Assembly (NCBI RefSeq): GCF_006345805.1
Contig: NC_043004.1
Location: forward strand, 54,002,001 to 54,035,000
DNA: 33,000 bases
From: Octopus sinensis
Taxonomy: Eukaryota
Direction of reading: 5' to 3'
Positions within the stretch are counted from its first letter, which is position 1; each line of letters starts with the position of its first letter. This document shows, in pieces, positions 21,650-32,723 of this stretch. The position numbers and the translations under genes are program-made. The notes under the pieces were generated by a model, which saw only the letters and a list, made by a program, of their open reading frames with translations, did not search any database and was not told the DNA's origin.

Positions 21650-22045
21650 TTTCTACTCTAGGCATAATGCACGAAATTTTTGAGGAATGCGCCATTCGAT
21701 TAGATCGATCCCAGAACGTAACTGGTACTTAATTTATAGACCCCCGAAAGGATGAAAGGCAAATTCGACCTCGGCGGAATTTGAACTCAGAACATAAAGA
21801 CAAACGAAATACCTATTTTTTACTACCTACAAGGGGCTAAACACAGAGAAGACAAACAAGGACAGACAAACGGATTAAGTCGATTATATCGACCCCAGTG
21901 CTTAACTGGTACTTATTTAATCGACCCCGAATGGATGAAAGGCAAAGTCGACCTCGGCGGAATTTGAACTCAGAACGTAAAGACAAACGAAATACCCTAA
22001 GCATTTCGCTCGGTGCGCTAACGTTTCTGCCAGCGTGCCGCCTTC
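21650..22045 (-). mobile_element. Two tandem SINE units (partial dimer)
   Basis: The core ACTGGTACTT...GACCCCGAA.GGATGAAAGGCAAA.TCGACCTCGGCGGAATTTGAACTCAGAAC occurs twice (~21720 and ~21905); only one tRNA-like head is present (~22000-22045). Confidence 0.9.
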
Positions 22046-22071
22046 ACATATTTATAATAGACTATTAAATC

Positions 22072-22280
22072 TTTCTACTGTAGGCATAAGGCCTAAAATT
22101 TTGCAGGCTTGGGGGTTAATTGATTTTATCCTCCCCCAGTACTTCAATGGTACTTATTTCATTGACTCTGAAAAGACGAAAGGATGAATGGAAAAGTCAT
22201 CCGCGACGGAATTTGAACGGAAGAGATGACGCCAAACATTATTGTTCAACATACTAAATTTTTTGCTAGCTCGCCACCTT
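22072..22280 (-). mobile_element. Decayed SINE
   Basis: CTACTGTAGGCATAAGGCCTAAAATTTT...GGTACTTATTT...GGAATTTGAAC...GCTAGCTCGCCACCTT. Confidence 0.7.
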
Positions 22281-22324
22281 TACACACACTATTAATAATT
22301 GTTTCTAAGAAATTATGAAGCTTA

Positions 22325-22600
22325 GATGTTAGTGGTGATGTGGTTTTTTCATGATCGTAAGGACGTGGGTTCAATTTCTGGATCAGGTGGCGAGTTGTTT
22401 TTGAGCAAGGGACTTTATTTCATGTTGCTCAAATCGTCTCGCATGTAATTGAGAAGCAGCCGGTTATTAGTGTAGCCATCTCTTCCTCCAGTTGTCACAT
22501 CCTTGATGCTTCATTTCATCAATTTTTAGAAGAACGAGAGTCTGTACCTGAGTACATAAACACTCATAACAATTTGCGGAATATTGGTACACACTACCAA
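22325..22600 (+). mobile_element. Decayed SINE of the 1053-type family
   Basis: CATGATCGTAAGGACGTGGGTTCAATT...TTGAGCAAGGGACTTTATTTCATGTTGCTC resembles 1088-1160; the 3' boundary is uncertain. Confidence 0.6.
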
Positions 22601-22709
22601 ACTATATTCGTATTTTCTTTCGACCATAGCTTTTATTCAAAACCAGCGTAACTATATTCCTTCTAATTCATAATATATTGGCTTGAACATTTTATTCATG
22701 ACCAGATAT

Positions 22710-22893
22710 TTCGGGCGAGCGGTTTAGTTGATTAAATCGACTTAGTCCTTGACTGGTATTTATTTTATCGCACCCTGCAAGGATGAATGGACAAAGTCGA
22801 CCTCGGCGGAATATAACTTAGAACGTAAAAATTGATAAAATGGTGTTAAACATTTTGCCCGATGTGCGAACGACTCTGCCTGCTCCCCGCCTT
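22710..22893 (-). mobile_element. Decayed SINE
   Basis: GACTGGTATTTATTTTATCG...AAGGATGAATGGACAAAGTCGACCTCGGCGGAAT. Confidence 0.8.
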
Positions 22894-22936
22894 CTAATTC
22901 ATTATATTTTAAACATTTAGTATAACTAACTACTAG

Positions 22937-23032
22937 TGAAAGTGGATTGGCTATGCAATGTCGTCTCTCCGCTGAGGAGGCTGAATACCATAGAAACATA
23001 TCGGTTGCATTTGCACGTGGGCTTGAAGCAAG
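22937..23032 (+). CDS. Candidate isolated internal exon (96 nt), product unidentified
   Basis: GC-richer island bounded by CTAACTACTAG| and AAG|GTACAT. The length is divisible by 3 and two frames are open: ESGLAMQCRLSAEEAEYHRNISVAFARGLEA and KVDWLCNVVSPLRRLNTIETYRLHLHVGLKQ. No transposon motif or family was recognised. Confidence 0.35.
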
Positions 23033-23279
23033 GTACATTTCAATTTGTGATTAAACTGCCTAATAATTTAAATCGTTTAATCTTGTTTAAGCTATCTCAC
23101 TTGTGTAACGATTTTAAACTTTAAACAAATCTAGAGGGAGGTTTTATCATCTAATTGCTAAGATTGTCAATATTTTAAAATCCACTATATTACAAAATGT
23201 GTGATTCTAACAAATTCTATACTTCTCTACGTCACACAATTTGTACTTGTCTGAACATCTACATGCTTGCCTGCACAGG

Positions 23280-23281
23280 TG

Positions 23282-23316
<35 letters not shown>

Positions 23317-23620
23317 GGTGGTGGTGGTAGTAGTTGTAGTAGTAGGTGTTGCTTCTGCTGTGTGGTTTTTTATTCATTCTTTTGTTCTCATTTGTTCTCT
23401 ATTTTGAATAATACTTCCATCTCCTAGCTCCACTCAACAAACTCCATATCTCTCTCTCTTTCTCACAGCTTCACTCAATCTTCTTGACTCACACTTGCTT
23501 CATTTCTTTCCTTTATCATTTTCTCTCTCTTCCTCCCCTTCTCTCTCTCTCTCCGTTTCTCTCCCGCCCCCTCGCTTTCTTTCTCTCTTTCGCTTTCTCT
23601 CTTTTTCCATCTCTACCCGT
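23280..23620. repeat. (GTA)/(GGT)n tract and CT-rich low complexity
   Basis: Direct inspection. Confidence 0.85.
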
Positions 23621-23759
23621 AGCATTGTACATACATTTGTTTGTCTGTCTGTGAGCCTCCTCACCTGCCAGCTCTAATTCTTCTGTTCCAGACATGTTTA
23701 CTTAGATATTTTTTTTCCATTCATCAACGACGTATCTCTTACACGCATAGTCTCTCGAA

Positions 23760-24395
23760 CGTATATACATGCGCGCATACACACTGACACACACACTCAC
23801 GCTCACACACAAACACACAATCACACGCACACTCTCGAGCATACACTTATTCCATTTACAATATATTTACATTTGTCATTGTCTATATGCTTGTCTGTGT
23901 AAGTCTGCATATACACACGCGTTGTTTTTCCTTCATTATATATGCTTCTATATTATTAAATCATATCTAATTGGCAGTGTCCCTGTGCCGATATCGAAAT
24001 GCGTTCATATATACATATATATGAGCACATATACACAAATACATATATGTACATTTATATGTATACAAATGCATATGTATATATGTAAACATGTATCGGA
24101 ATGCAGTCATATATACATATATATGAGCATATATACACATATTTGTACACATGTACATATATTTACGCATATATGTACATATATGTATACAAATGCATAT
24201 GGAAGTATGTAAATATGTAAGCATACATATAAATATATAATATATGTATTACCTTTGATACACCATATAAACAGGGATAAATATGACAATCTATATATGT
24301 GTGTGTGCTTACACGCGCGTATGTTTAAATGAATATATGCATAAGTATTGATATGTATACTGTGTACGTATATCTATATGCATGCATACATATAT

Positions 24396-24492
<97 letters not shown>

Positions 24493-25420
24493 CATACATA
24501 CTTACATACATACATATATATATACATACGTATGTATATATATAAATATATATATATATACGTATGTGCACAGAAATACAGGCGTGCACATGTGTATATA
24601 TGGGCTTGTGTTTATATGTATAGGTACGTACGTAAATGTACGTTTTTACATGTATGTGCACTTGTATGTTCGTGTTTCTCCACATATATGTATATACATA
24701 TATACATAGTATAGATAAACATATCTGTATATACATATACATACACATAGAAATACTTATGATTATACATGTATCAATACATACGTACATCCACACATGT
24801 CTATTGTTGTTTGTATGTATATTTTATGTATGTATGCATGTGTCTCGCATCTGTATATCTACACTTGTGCGGGCATTTGTATAAATGTAGCTTTTTGCAA
24901 TTGTTTTGTATCTCTCTCAATATATACATACACATACGATCTTAACCACCTCCTTCTCTACCTCTCCTCTCTGTTCTCTTCTTTCACACTATCTAGTTCT
25001 CTCCCTCCATCTTCATGCATAATGTTTTTTTTCTCATCTTTCCACTTACCTCCTTCTCTTTCTTCCTTTCTCTCACACCCATCTTTTTCTTACTCTTTCA
25101 GTCTATCTCTGCCTCTCACTTTTCTTTCTTTCTTCTCCCACTCCTAATTGTTACAATCTAATTACCAATCATTATACAATTAATGATTTCTTCTATTTGC
25201 CCTCGTTCTGCTGTCTGTTTCTTCTTCTTGTCATTGTTGTCGCATTTGTGTTGTTTTCATTGGAATGTTGTTTGTTGGGTTTGAAGTTCTTTTCTAATTT
25301 TGTCGTTATTTCTTATATTTCTTGCGATTATTGTTTCTGCTGTTGTTTCTACTTGCTTTGTTGCTGTGTTTTTTTGCTGTTCTTGTTGATTACAATGTTA
25401 TCTTACTCATTATCCAGTCC
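23760..25420. repeat. Extended low complexity: (CA)/(TA)/(TG) mix, CT-rich tract, (TTG)-rich tract
   Basis: Direct inspection. Confidence 0.85.
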
Positions 25421-25529
25421 TGAAGTTTAAGCTGATCATGCAGAGTGACTATGATCAAGAACATTCCCACCATGCCCATCCTGTCTGTTTATGTGATTGT
25501 TGCACTACAGTATCTATTTTATCTGTTAT

Positions 25530-26010
25530 TGTCAATTACATGTTCCAGTCGTACGTCTGCGACCTTGCTGGAGCACGGTCTTGGAATGACATGCCGAGCA
25601 AATCGACCCCAGTAGTTATTCTTCTAATCCCGATGCGTATTCTGTCGATCTCTTTGGATGAACTGTTAAGCTACAAGGATATAAACAACCCAGCACTACT
25701 TGTGAAGTGGTGGTGCATGACATTCACAAACATAAAAAAACACAAAACACACACGCACACAGAAAGACACACACACATGCAAGCATTTATGTATACATGC
25801 GTGTCCGTATGTGGGTGTGTGTGTTTGCATGCTCGTGTGTGTGTATGCATCTGTACATACGCGACGGTCTCACTTTCCGTCTACCATACACCCTTACTAG
25901 TCCTTCATGGGCCCGATAGAAGACATTTGTAGGTGCCTCGCAGTGGGAATGAACCCACGATTTCGTGGTTGAAAATGAAGTTTCTTAACCCCACAGCCAC
26001 GCCTGCGCCC
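25530..26010 (-). mobile_element. SINE (second family) with internal (CA)/(TG) microsatellite
   Basis: Head in reverse at 25931-26010 (CAGTGGGAATGAACCC...ACAGCCACGCCTGCGCC), TTTCCGTCTACC, an internal microsatellite and a tail GCTGGAGCAC...GAGCAAATCGACCCCAG. Confidence 0.7.
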
Positions 26011-26014
26011 ATCT

Positions 26015-26120
26015 TCTCTCTTTCTCTCTCTCTCCCTCTCTCTCTCCCTCTCCATCTCTCTCCCTCTCTCTCTGTATCTCTCTCTCTTTCTTTCCCTGTC
26101 TCTTTCTTTCCCTCTCTCTT
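26015..26120. repeat. (CT)n
   Basis: Direct inspection. Confidence 0.9.
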
Positions 26121-26429
26121 TATGAGAAAGCAAGGAGTGATTTAAAGGAGATTTCTCTTATCTTTCTAGCAGATCTACCGACTACATACAGACAAACTCA
26201 TTATTTTGGTTTTTATGTTATTTCTGTTCTTAGTATAGTTGCCGTTGCTTTTGCTGCTTCTGTTTCTATAATGTATGTTGTTGTGGTTGTTATTGTTGCG
26301 CGTTTGCTATCACTATTATTGTCTTGTGTGTCGGTATTCTTTTTGCCTTCGTAACGCCATTTTGCTTTTGCTTTTGTTATGTTTTTCTTTTTGCTGCTTG
26401 TGTTTCTGTACTAATCTTTATTGTTGCTA

Positions 26430-26950
26430 TTGATGATTGTTGTAGTTGTTGTTGTTGTTGTTGTGGTGGTGGTGGTGGTGGTGTGGTGGTGGTGGTGGTG
26501 GTGGTTTTTGTGGTGTTGGTGGTAGTGACCGTCGTCATCGTCGTCGTCGTCGTCGTGATGATGGTCATGGATGAGGGGGAGCTGGTGGTAATGATGTTGG
26601 TGGCAGTGGCGGCAGTGGTAGTGGTGGTGGTGGTGGAGGTGGTGGTGGTGGTAATCGTGATGATGATAGTGGTGCTGTGGAGGAGAAGGAGGAGGATGAG
26701 AGGGAGTTGGAGGAGGAGGTAGAGCTGGAGGAGTGGGGGGAGTTGGAGGAGGAGGGGAGTTGGAGGAGAAGGGAGAGTTGGAGGAGAAGGGGGAGTTGGA
26801 GGAGAAGGAGGAGGAACTGGTAGTGGCGCTGGTGGTGGTGGTGAAGTTGGTGGTGGTAGTGGTGGTGGGGGCGGGGAGGGTGGTCGTGATGGTGGAGTTA
26901 GCTACGTTGGCAACGACTACTATATTGATGATAATGATGATTTATTTTTC
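26430..26950. repeat. (TTG)/(GGT)/(GTC)/(GGA) trinucleotide mosaic including a short GGAGTTGGAGGAGAAGG tandem
   Basis: Direct inspection. Confidence 0.9.
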
Positions 26951-27164
26951 GCTGCACTTTTGTTGTAGTTATTTGTCTGTTGCTGTTTGAATACAAATAG
27001 AAAATTTTTAAAAATAAGACTGAAAATGGTAACGCAAATTAGGTAAGAGGGAGAGAATGGCTGCAGACGAGTAAAGACAGAGGGAGAAAAGTGAAGGAAA
27101 TTATTGCAGACTGACTGAGACAAGTTGAGTGAGAAAGAGCAGATCTTAGATGTACAGATAAACA

Positions 27165-27355
27165 CATACATACACACACACAGACGCAAACACACACACA
27201 CATACACCTACTCACATATTTACACATACACATAAACCACACAAACACCCACTCAGACACAGCCATAGAGCCAATGAGACAGGCAGAGATAGAGAGAGAG
27301 AGAGAGAGAGAGTGTGTGTGTGGGGAAAGAGGACGGAGAGAGAGGAGGAAAGAGG

Positions 27356-27399
<44 letters not shown>

Positions 27400-27400
27400 G
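27165..27400. repeat. (CA)n/(GA)n compound
   Basis: Direct inspection. Confidence 0.85.
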
Positions 27401-27934
27401 GAGAAAGAACGGCAAACCACATGACAAAATATAAAATTCATACGGAATAAATAAAGGGTTTTTAAAATGACAGATAACATGTTTATCTTTCTTTCGTGAA
27501 GGGCCCTATTCTATTACAACAATACTACGGAAGTAAAGAACAGAAAAGAAGTCCTTGGTTCCCAGAAAGTAAGATTTCTCGATTTCACTTGCTGTACAAT
27601 CCTGAATCGGAAATTTAATTGTCGAAATCGCATTGGTCTCCAGGTAGCTGTAAAGGATCTGCACACTATCCTTTCTTATACAACAACCATAGAAATTACA
27701 ACAAACAAACAATATATCAAAGAACTGTCCACATGAAGCAGCCGTGACTTTAGGACAACGAGATTCTCGTTCAATCCCACTCGGCAGCACATGTGGCAAA
27801 TGATTCTTACTATAATTGCAACCTTGTAAATAAATTTGAGGGATGGAAGCTGTACAAACGAATGATGAGAACCCAATAAGTTCCGAAATTTTATTGATGC
27901 TGTTCATAATTCATTCAACCGACTTCATAGATGC

Positions 27935-28325
27935 AAGCTTGTCTGTGTGGTAAGAAGCTTGCTTCACAAGCCTCCCCTCTTGGGTTCAGTCTCAATGCTC
28001 GGCACTTTAGCAGCCTCACTGCTTGGGCCGACTAAAAGCCTACGGGTGGATTTGTTAGACGAAAATAGAAAGAAACTTCCTGTGTGCGTGTGTGCGTGTG
28101 TGTATGTATGTGTATGTGTGCGCGTGTGTGTTTGTATCTGTGTGTATGTGTGTGTATGTATATGTAGTTATGTTTGTCTCCCCAACCGATGTAAGCTTAT
28201 GCCTGTTCCCGTAACTTAGAGGTTCGGCGAAATAACTTCGCTTCATCTGTCCCAATAAACCCCTTGTGACGGTGCTCCAACGTAGTCAGAGACCAAAGAT
28301 CACAACAATTAGAAACCAAAAGATG
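27935..28325 (+). mobile_element. SINE (second family) with internal (TG)n
   Basis: Head TGTGTGGTAAGAAGCTTGCTTC...GGGTTCAGTC, GTGGATTTGTTAGACGAAAA, (TG)n at 28080-28160, then GTTCCCGTAACTTAGAGGTTCGGC. Confidence 0.8.
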
Positions 28326-28418
28326 TTTAGACGATAGAAGATATATTAACTGCCAATGTCTCTTGTGATTTTCTTGTTTTATTTTCCTGTCATTAGTATT
28401 TGCGTTATACTATATATA

Positions 28419-28827
28419 TATAATATAAGCGAGATCAGCCATCTGAATGTGGCTAGGGACAGGGCGGGGTGGTGGGGGGTGTTACTGATGCATTTAGCCC
28501 CAGGCGACTATCGACGTTACCAGAAGAGCCGACACCATCACGGTGTCCTTGCTAGCCTGCAAAGGGAGATCAGCCTCACCGAAGTGACTGTGGTTACTGT
28601 GAAAATCTATGCGCTGACAAGAGGCAAATACCTCGAAACCGGTCCGTGTGTAGCATCCGTATCTTCGGTGAGGCTGATCTCCCTTTGCAGGCTAGCAAGG
28701 ACACCGTGATGGTGTCGGCTCTTCTGCTGACGTCGATAGTCGCCTGGGGCTAAATGCATCAGTAACACCCTCACCACCCCGCCCTGTCCCTAACCACATT
28801 CAGATGGCTGATCCCGCTTATATTATA
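28419..28827. mobile_element. Foldback element: ~165-bp inverted arms around a 78-bp loop; probable PLE-derived or MITE-like insertion
   Basis: 28419-28584 is the reverse complement of 28663-28827, with about 5 substitutions and one 1-bp indel. It is GC-rich against AT-rich flanks and its left end sits in a TA run. Confidence 0.9.
28607..28653 (+). ncRNA. Minimal type-I hammerhead ribozyme motif (core variant CUGACAA)
   Basis: CTATGCG [stem I] CTGACAA GAGG-CAAATA-CCTC [stem II] GAAAC CG GTC CGTGTGTAG [stem I']. The GUC triplet is at 28642-28644 and stem III is the palindrome ACCGGT. It differs from the CUGANGA consensus at G8 (28619 = A). Confidence 0.7.
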
Positions 28828-28849
28828 GAGCAGTTACTGTTTATACCTC

Positions 28850-28868
28850 GCTCAGAGATTTATTATTG

Positions 28869-28917
<49 letters not shown>
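28850..28917. repeat. (TA)n
   Basis: Direct inspection. Confidence 0.95.
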
Positions 28918-28919
<2 letters not shown>

Positions 28920-28920
28920 T

Positions 28921-29097
28921 GTCTGCCGCTATGTTCGGAGTTCAAATTCCGCCGAAGTCGACTTTGCCTTTCATCCTTTCGGGGTCGATAAATTAAGTAC
29001 CAGTTACGCACTGGGGTCGATGTAATCGACTTAATACCTTTGTCTGTCCTTGTTTGTCCCCTCTATGTTTAGCCCCTTGTGGGTAATAAAGAAATAT
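28921..29097 (+). mobile_element. tRNA-derived SINE lacking most of its head
   Basis: GAGTTCAAATTCCGCCGAAGTCGACTTTGCCTTTCATCCTTTCGGGGTCGATAAATTAAGTACCAGTTACGCACTGGGGTCGAT...GCCCCTTGTGGGTAATAAAGAAATA. Confidence 0.9.
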
Positions 29098-29124
29098 ATA
29101 TAGAGAGATGTGTATATAAAAAAG

Positions 29125-29455
29125 GCTCAAATACCTCTTCGGTCATGAAATACCATGGGATTGCGCAAAGAAATTCACCCTCCGAGCCACAAGGCCGGAC
29201 AAGGTTATTTATGGAAGATGAGTAGTCACCCATGCATACCAGCCTCTCCTCTTTACGTCACCGATGTTATCCAAGGGAAAACCAAAGGCTGATACAGCTT
29301 GGCACCAGTTGTGTTGCAATTCATTTCTACACCTGAGTGAACTGGAGCAAAGTGAAATAAAGTGTCTTGCTCATAAACACAACACACAGCTCAGTGCGTA
29401 AATCGAACTTACTACCTCGTAATTGTGAGCCCGAGGTTCTAACCAGTGAGCCATA
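29125..29455 (-). mobile_element. tRNA-derived SINE with the 1053-type head and core but a different 3' part
   Basis: Minus strand: TGGCTCACTGGTTAG (A box), GTTCGATTT (B box), TGAGCAAGACACTTTATTTCACTTTGCTCCAGTTCACTCAG core. Confidence 0.8.
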
Positions 29456-29479
29456 AAGCATACGTAAATAACCATAGTA

Positions 29480-29710
29480 TTTTATTCTTTTATTCTTTTA
29501 CTTATTTCAGTCATTTCACTGTGTACCGCTTTCAATTGAAGAAATTGACCACAAGGATTTGTGCTTTGTAAGCCTAGTTCTTATTATATTGGCCTCTTTA
29601 GCCGTAGCGTTCGGTTTCGGGCACATAAACACACTAACACCAGTTGTCAAAGGATGGCGGGCGGACAAATACAGACATACACATGGAGAGACATATGCAC
29701 ACACACACAA

Positions 29711-29750
<40 letters not shown>

Positions 29751-29761
29751 TGTGTGTGTGT

Positions 29762-29799
<38 letters not shown>

Positions 29800-29950
29800 C
29801 GACTAGTTTCTTTCAGTTTCCGTCTACCAAATCCACTCACAAAGCTTTGGTCGGCCTGAGGGTATAGCAGACGACACTTGCCCAAGATACCACGCAATAC
29901 GACTGAACCCAAAACCAACCATGTGTTTGGGAAAAAAGAGCTACGACCAC
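29480..29950 (-). mobile_element. SINE (second family) with internal (TA)(TG)n
   Basis: TTTCAGTTTCCGTCTACCAAATCCACTCACAAAGCTTTGGTCGGCC...GACACTTGCCCAAG in reverse, with a microsatellite at 29700-29796 inside the element. Confidence 0.85.
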
Positions 29951-29954
29951 GTGT

Positions 29955-30065
29955 GTTTGTGTGTGTGCGGGCGTGTGTGCGTGTGTGTGTGTGTGTGTGC
30001 ATACACGCGTGTGTCTTTGTCACTGTACGTGTGTTTGCGTACGTGCGTGCGTTTGTGTGTGTGTT

Positions 30066-30097
<32 letters not shown>

Positions 30098-30140
30098 GTG
30101 TGTGTATGTGTGTGTGTGTGCGTGTGTGTGTGTGTGTACA
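29955..30140. repeat. Imperfect (TG)n
   Basis: Direct inspection. Confidence 0.9.
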
Positions 30141-30589
30141 TCTCTGTATTTCCCCTACCGCCATAATACAGTTTGGGTATGTTTACATACCCGTGACCTA
30201 GCAAATTATGGCCGAAAGATATATATACCGAACTAAAAAGAAATTCTTCCTGCTGCCATTTATTCGACAACGCCCAACAAATTGAAGCCCCAGCATGACC
30301 ACAGTTATTTTACTGAAGTAAACAGAATAATAGAATAGAATAGTAGAATAGGAGAATAGAAGAATAAAAAAAAACGTTGAAACAGAATTAATGGCGAATG
30401 TTTCGATTTCATTCATTTGGAAAAAGAATATTTTTGTAATGTGTTTATTGTTTCTCTTTTTTATTGTTGTTTTGTTTCACTGAATCTGTTGTTATTGATT
30501 GTAATTACAGGTAAGGAAGTGGGGAGGATGCATGTCCCTCTAATAGAACATTTTCTACAGGAAATGATATATTATGGGGAAGAGAATAT

Positions 30590-31490
30590 GACGATACTCG
30601 TGATGATGATGATGATGATGATGATAATGATGGTGGTGGTGGTGGTTGTGGTGGTGGTGGTGTCGGTGGTGGTGGCGTCGGTGGTGGCGTCGGTGGTGGC
30701 GGTGGCAGTGGTGGAGGCGGCGGCAGTGGTGGTGGCGATAATAGTGCTGTAGGTGTTGGCTATTGTAATGGCGGTCGTGATCACGAGGAAAATCAAGTAG
30801 AAGGTCATCACGATGATACTGCTCTCAGTGATGCTGGTACTGCTGCTACTACTGATGATGATGACGATGATGATGATGATGATGATGATGATTTTGATGT
30901 TGTAGTTGTTGTTGGTGGTGGTGGGGTGGCGGTGGTGGTGGCGGTGGTGCTAGTTGTGGAGGAGGCATTGCTGGTGAAGATGTTGAACATGATCATGATT
31001 CTCGTCAACGTCATCATGGTCATCGTTGTCATCTTCATCAACATCCGCATCCATTTCCTCCTTCTCATCCTGCTCATCCTCATCCTCATCCTCATCCTCA
31101 TCATCATCACCATCATCATCATCATCGCTACTACTACCACAGCCACCGATGCAATCGCTACCACAGCCACGAGTATCACCGAAACCACCACAAGCAGTAT
31201 GATGATGATGATGACGACGACGACGTCGACGATGGTGATGATGATAATGATGATGATGACGACGACGATCATCATCAACATCATCATTATCCTCATGACG
31301 ACGACGCGACTTTTCACACGAGAGTGGTGGCTTTGGCGTTGGTGCCGCTGGTGGCGATGGCAGGGTTGGTGCCAGTGGCGGAGGTGGTGCTGGCACCAGG
31401 GACGACGTCATCGGTAGTGGTGGCTGTAACGTTTGGCGACGCTGATGATCATGGCGATGACGACGAGACCCAGGCGGATGGTGCGTATCA
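30590..31490. repeat. Trinucleotide mosaic (GAT/GGT/CAT/CAC/GAC)
   Basis: Direct inspection; gives stop-poor frames on both strands. Confidence 0.9.
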
Positions 31491-31769
31491 TTGTCGTCTA
31501 TTGTCATGTTTCCTATTCTGGTAATCGGAATGTATGGCTAACTTTACGTCACACATCATGTGATCACATCGATTTTAATGCACTTTTAAATGGAGGCATG
31601 TGAGATTTTGAGTGCAACACATTAAGGACAGTAATGTAATTTCACACAGCTTAGTTTACAGTCGTTCATTGACTGTCAAAAGAATCATGACAATACTTCC
31701 GGTAACAGGATTGAATGTTTGAGAAGTTGACAGAGATAGCTTTAAACACACAGGAATGCACACGGCTTC

Positions 31770-32350
31770 ACACATACACGCACACATACACGCACTCATA
31801 CATACATATATACATATATATATATACGTATATGTGTATGCATGTATAAATGTGTGTGAGTGTATATATATATATACAGTGCGTGTGGGTATACACATAT
31901 ACAAATACACATATGTATATGTGTGTGTGTGTGTTTGTGTGTGAATACGTGTGTTTGTATATTTGCGTATATCTATATATGTATATCTACATACATATGT
32001 ATATCTACATACATATACACATAAAAAGTCAACATTTAAACGTATGTACGTATATATATATATATATATGCGTGTGTGTGCGTGTGTGTGTTTCCTTTCA
32101 TTTGTGCATGTATATACATATATCGCATAATATACACACACACATACACACACAAACACACACATACATATATATATATATATCTTGCATAATATACATA
32201 TATGTGTATGTCAATACATACACACACTTATATACTTCTACATATATTTGCATGTGTATATGTATATGTATATATCTCTGGGTATATATGTACATACACA
32301 CTCATACATAGTTACACAAAAACACGTGATATATGTATACATATGTAAAT
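31770..32350. repeat. (CA)/(TA)/(TG) low complexity
   Basis: Direct inspection. Confidence 0.9.
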
Positions 32351-32723
32351 GCAAACAACATACCCACCGGGGAATAGAGTGTCTTGTCTAAAAAAATTAA
32401 GCGGCAGCCATCATAAATTATGTCGAACTGAAAATATTAAATAACAGGACAACAGCAGGGAGATGCGTGACTGCAAGTAGATGGAAATATGTTTCACTGC
32501 TATCATAATGGCATCATTGCAAGGAACAACTCCCCACAAAAAAAAAAAAAACGGGACGTAAAGGTAGGAATGGATCATGATAGAAATTTGGCAACTGACT
32601 GAGAAAGGATAGAGTACTGGTATTTGCAATGTCATGTGTGTATGCGTGTGTATGCGTGTGTGTGTGTGTGTGTGCCAAACGAAAGTGAAAGTTAGTCAAC
32701 ACATTTAGTTGGAATTGTATATA

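Noticed and set aside
27506-27907. 133-aa minus-strand ORF and an ~80-codon plus frame containing VRFLDF
   Set aside because: No recognisable domain, it overlaps a decayed SINE-like head (~27740-27800), and a single short motif is not enough for a call.
28356-28709. 117-aa ORF across the foldback
   Set aside because: It is a by-product of the GC-rich inverted repeat, with no domain and a start in flanking AT-rich DNA.
30515-31417. About 300-codon stop-free D/G/V/I-rich frame with an apparent 50-bp GT-AG intron at 30511-30560
   Set aside because: The trinucleotide mosaic is open in several frames on both strands, there is no domain, and the composition switches mid-frame; it is typical cryptic simple sequence.
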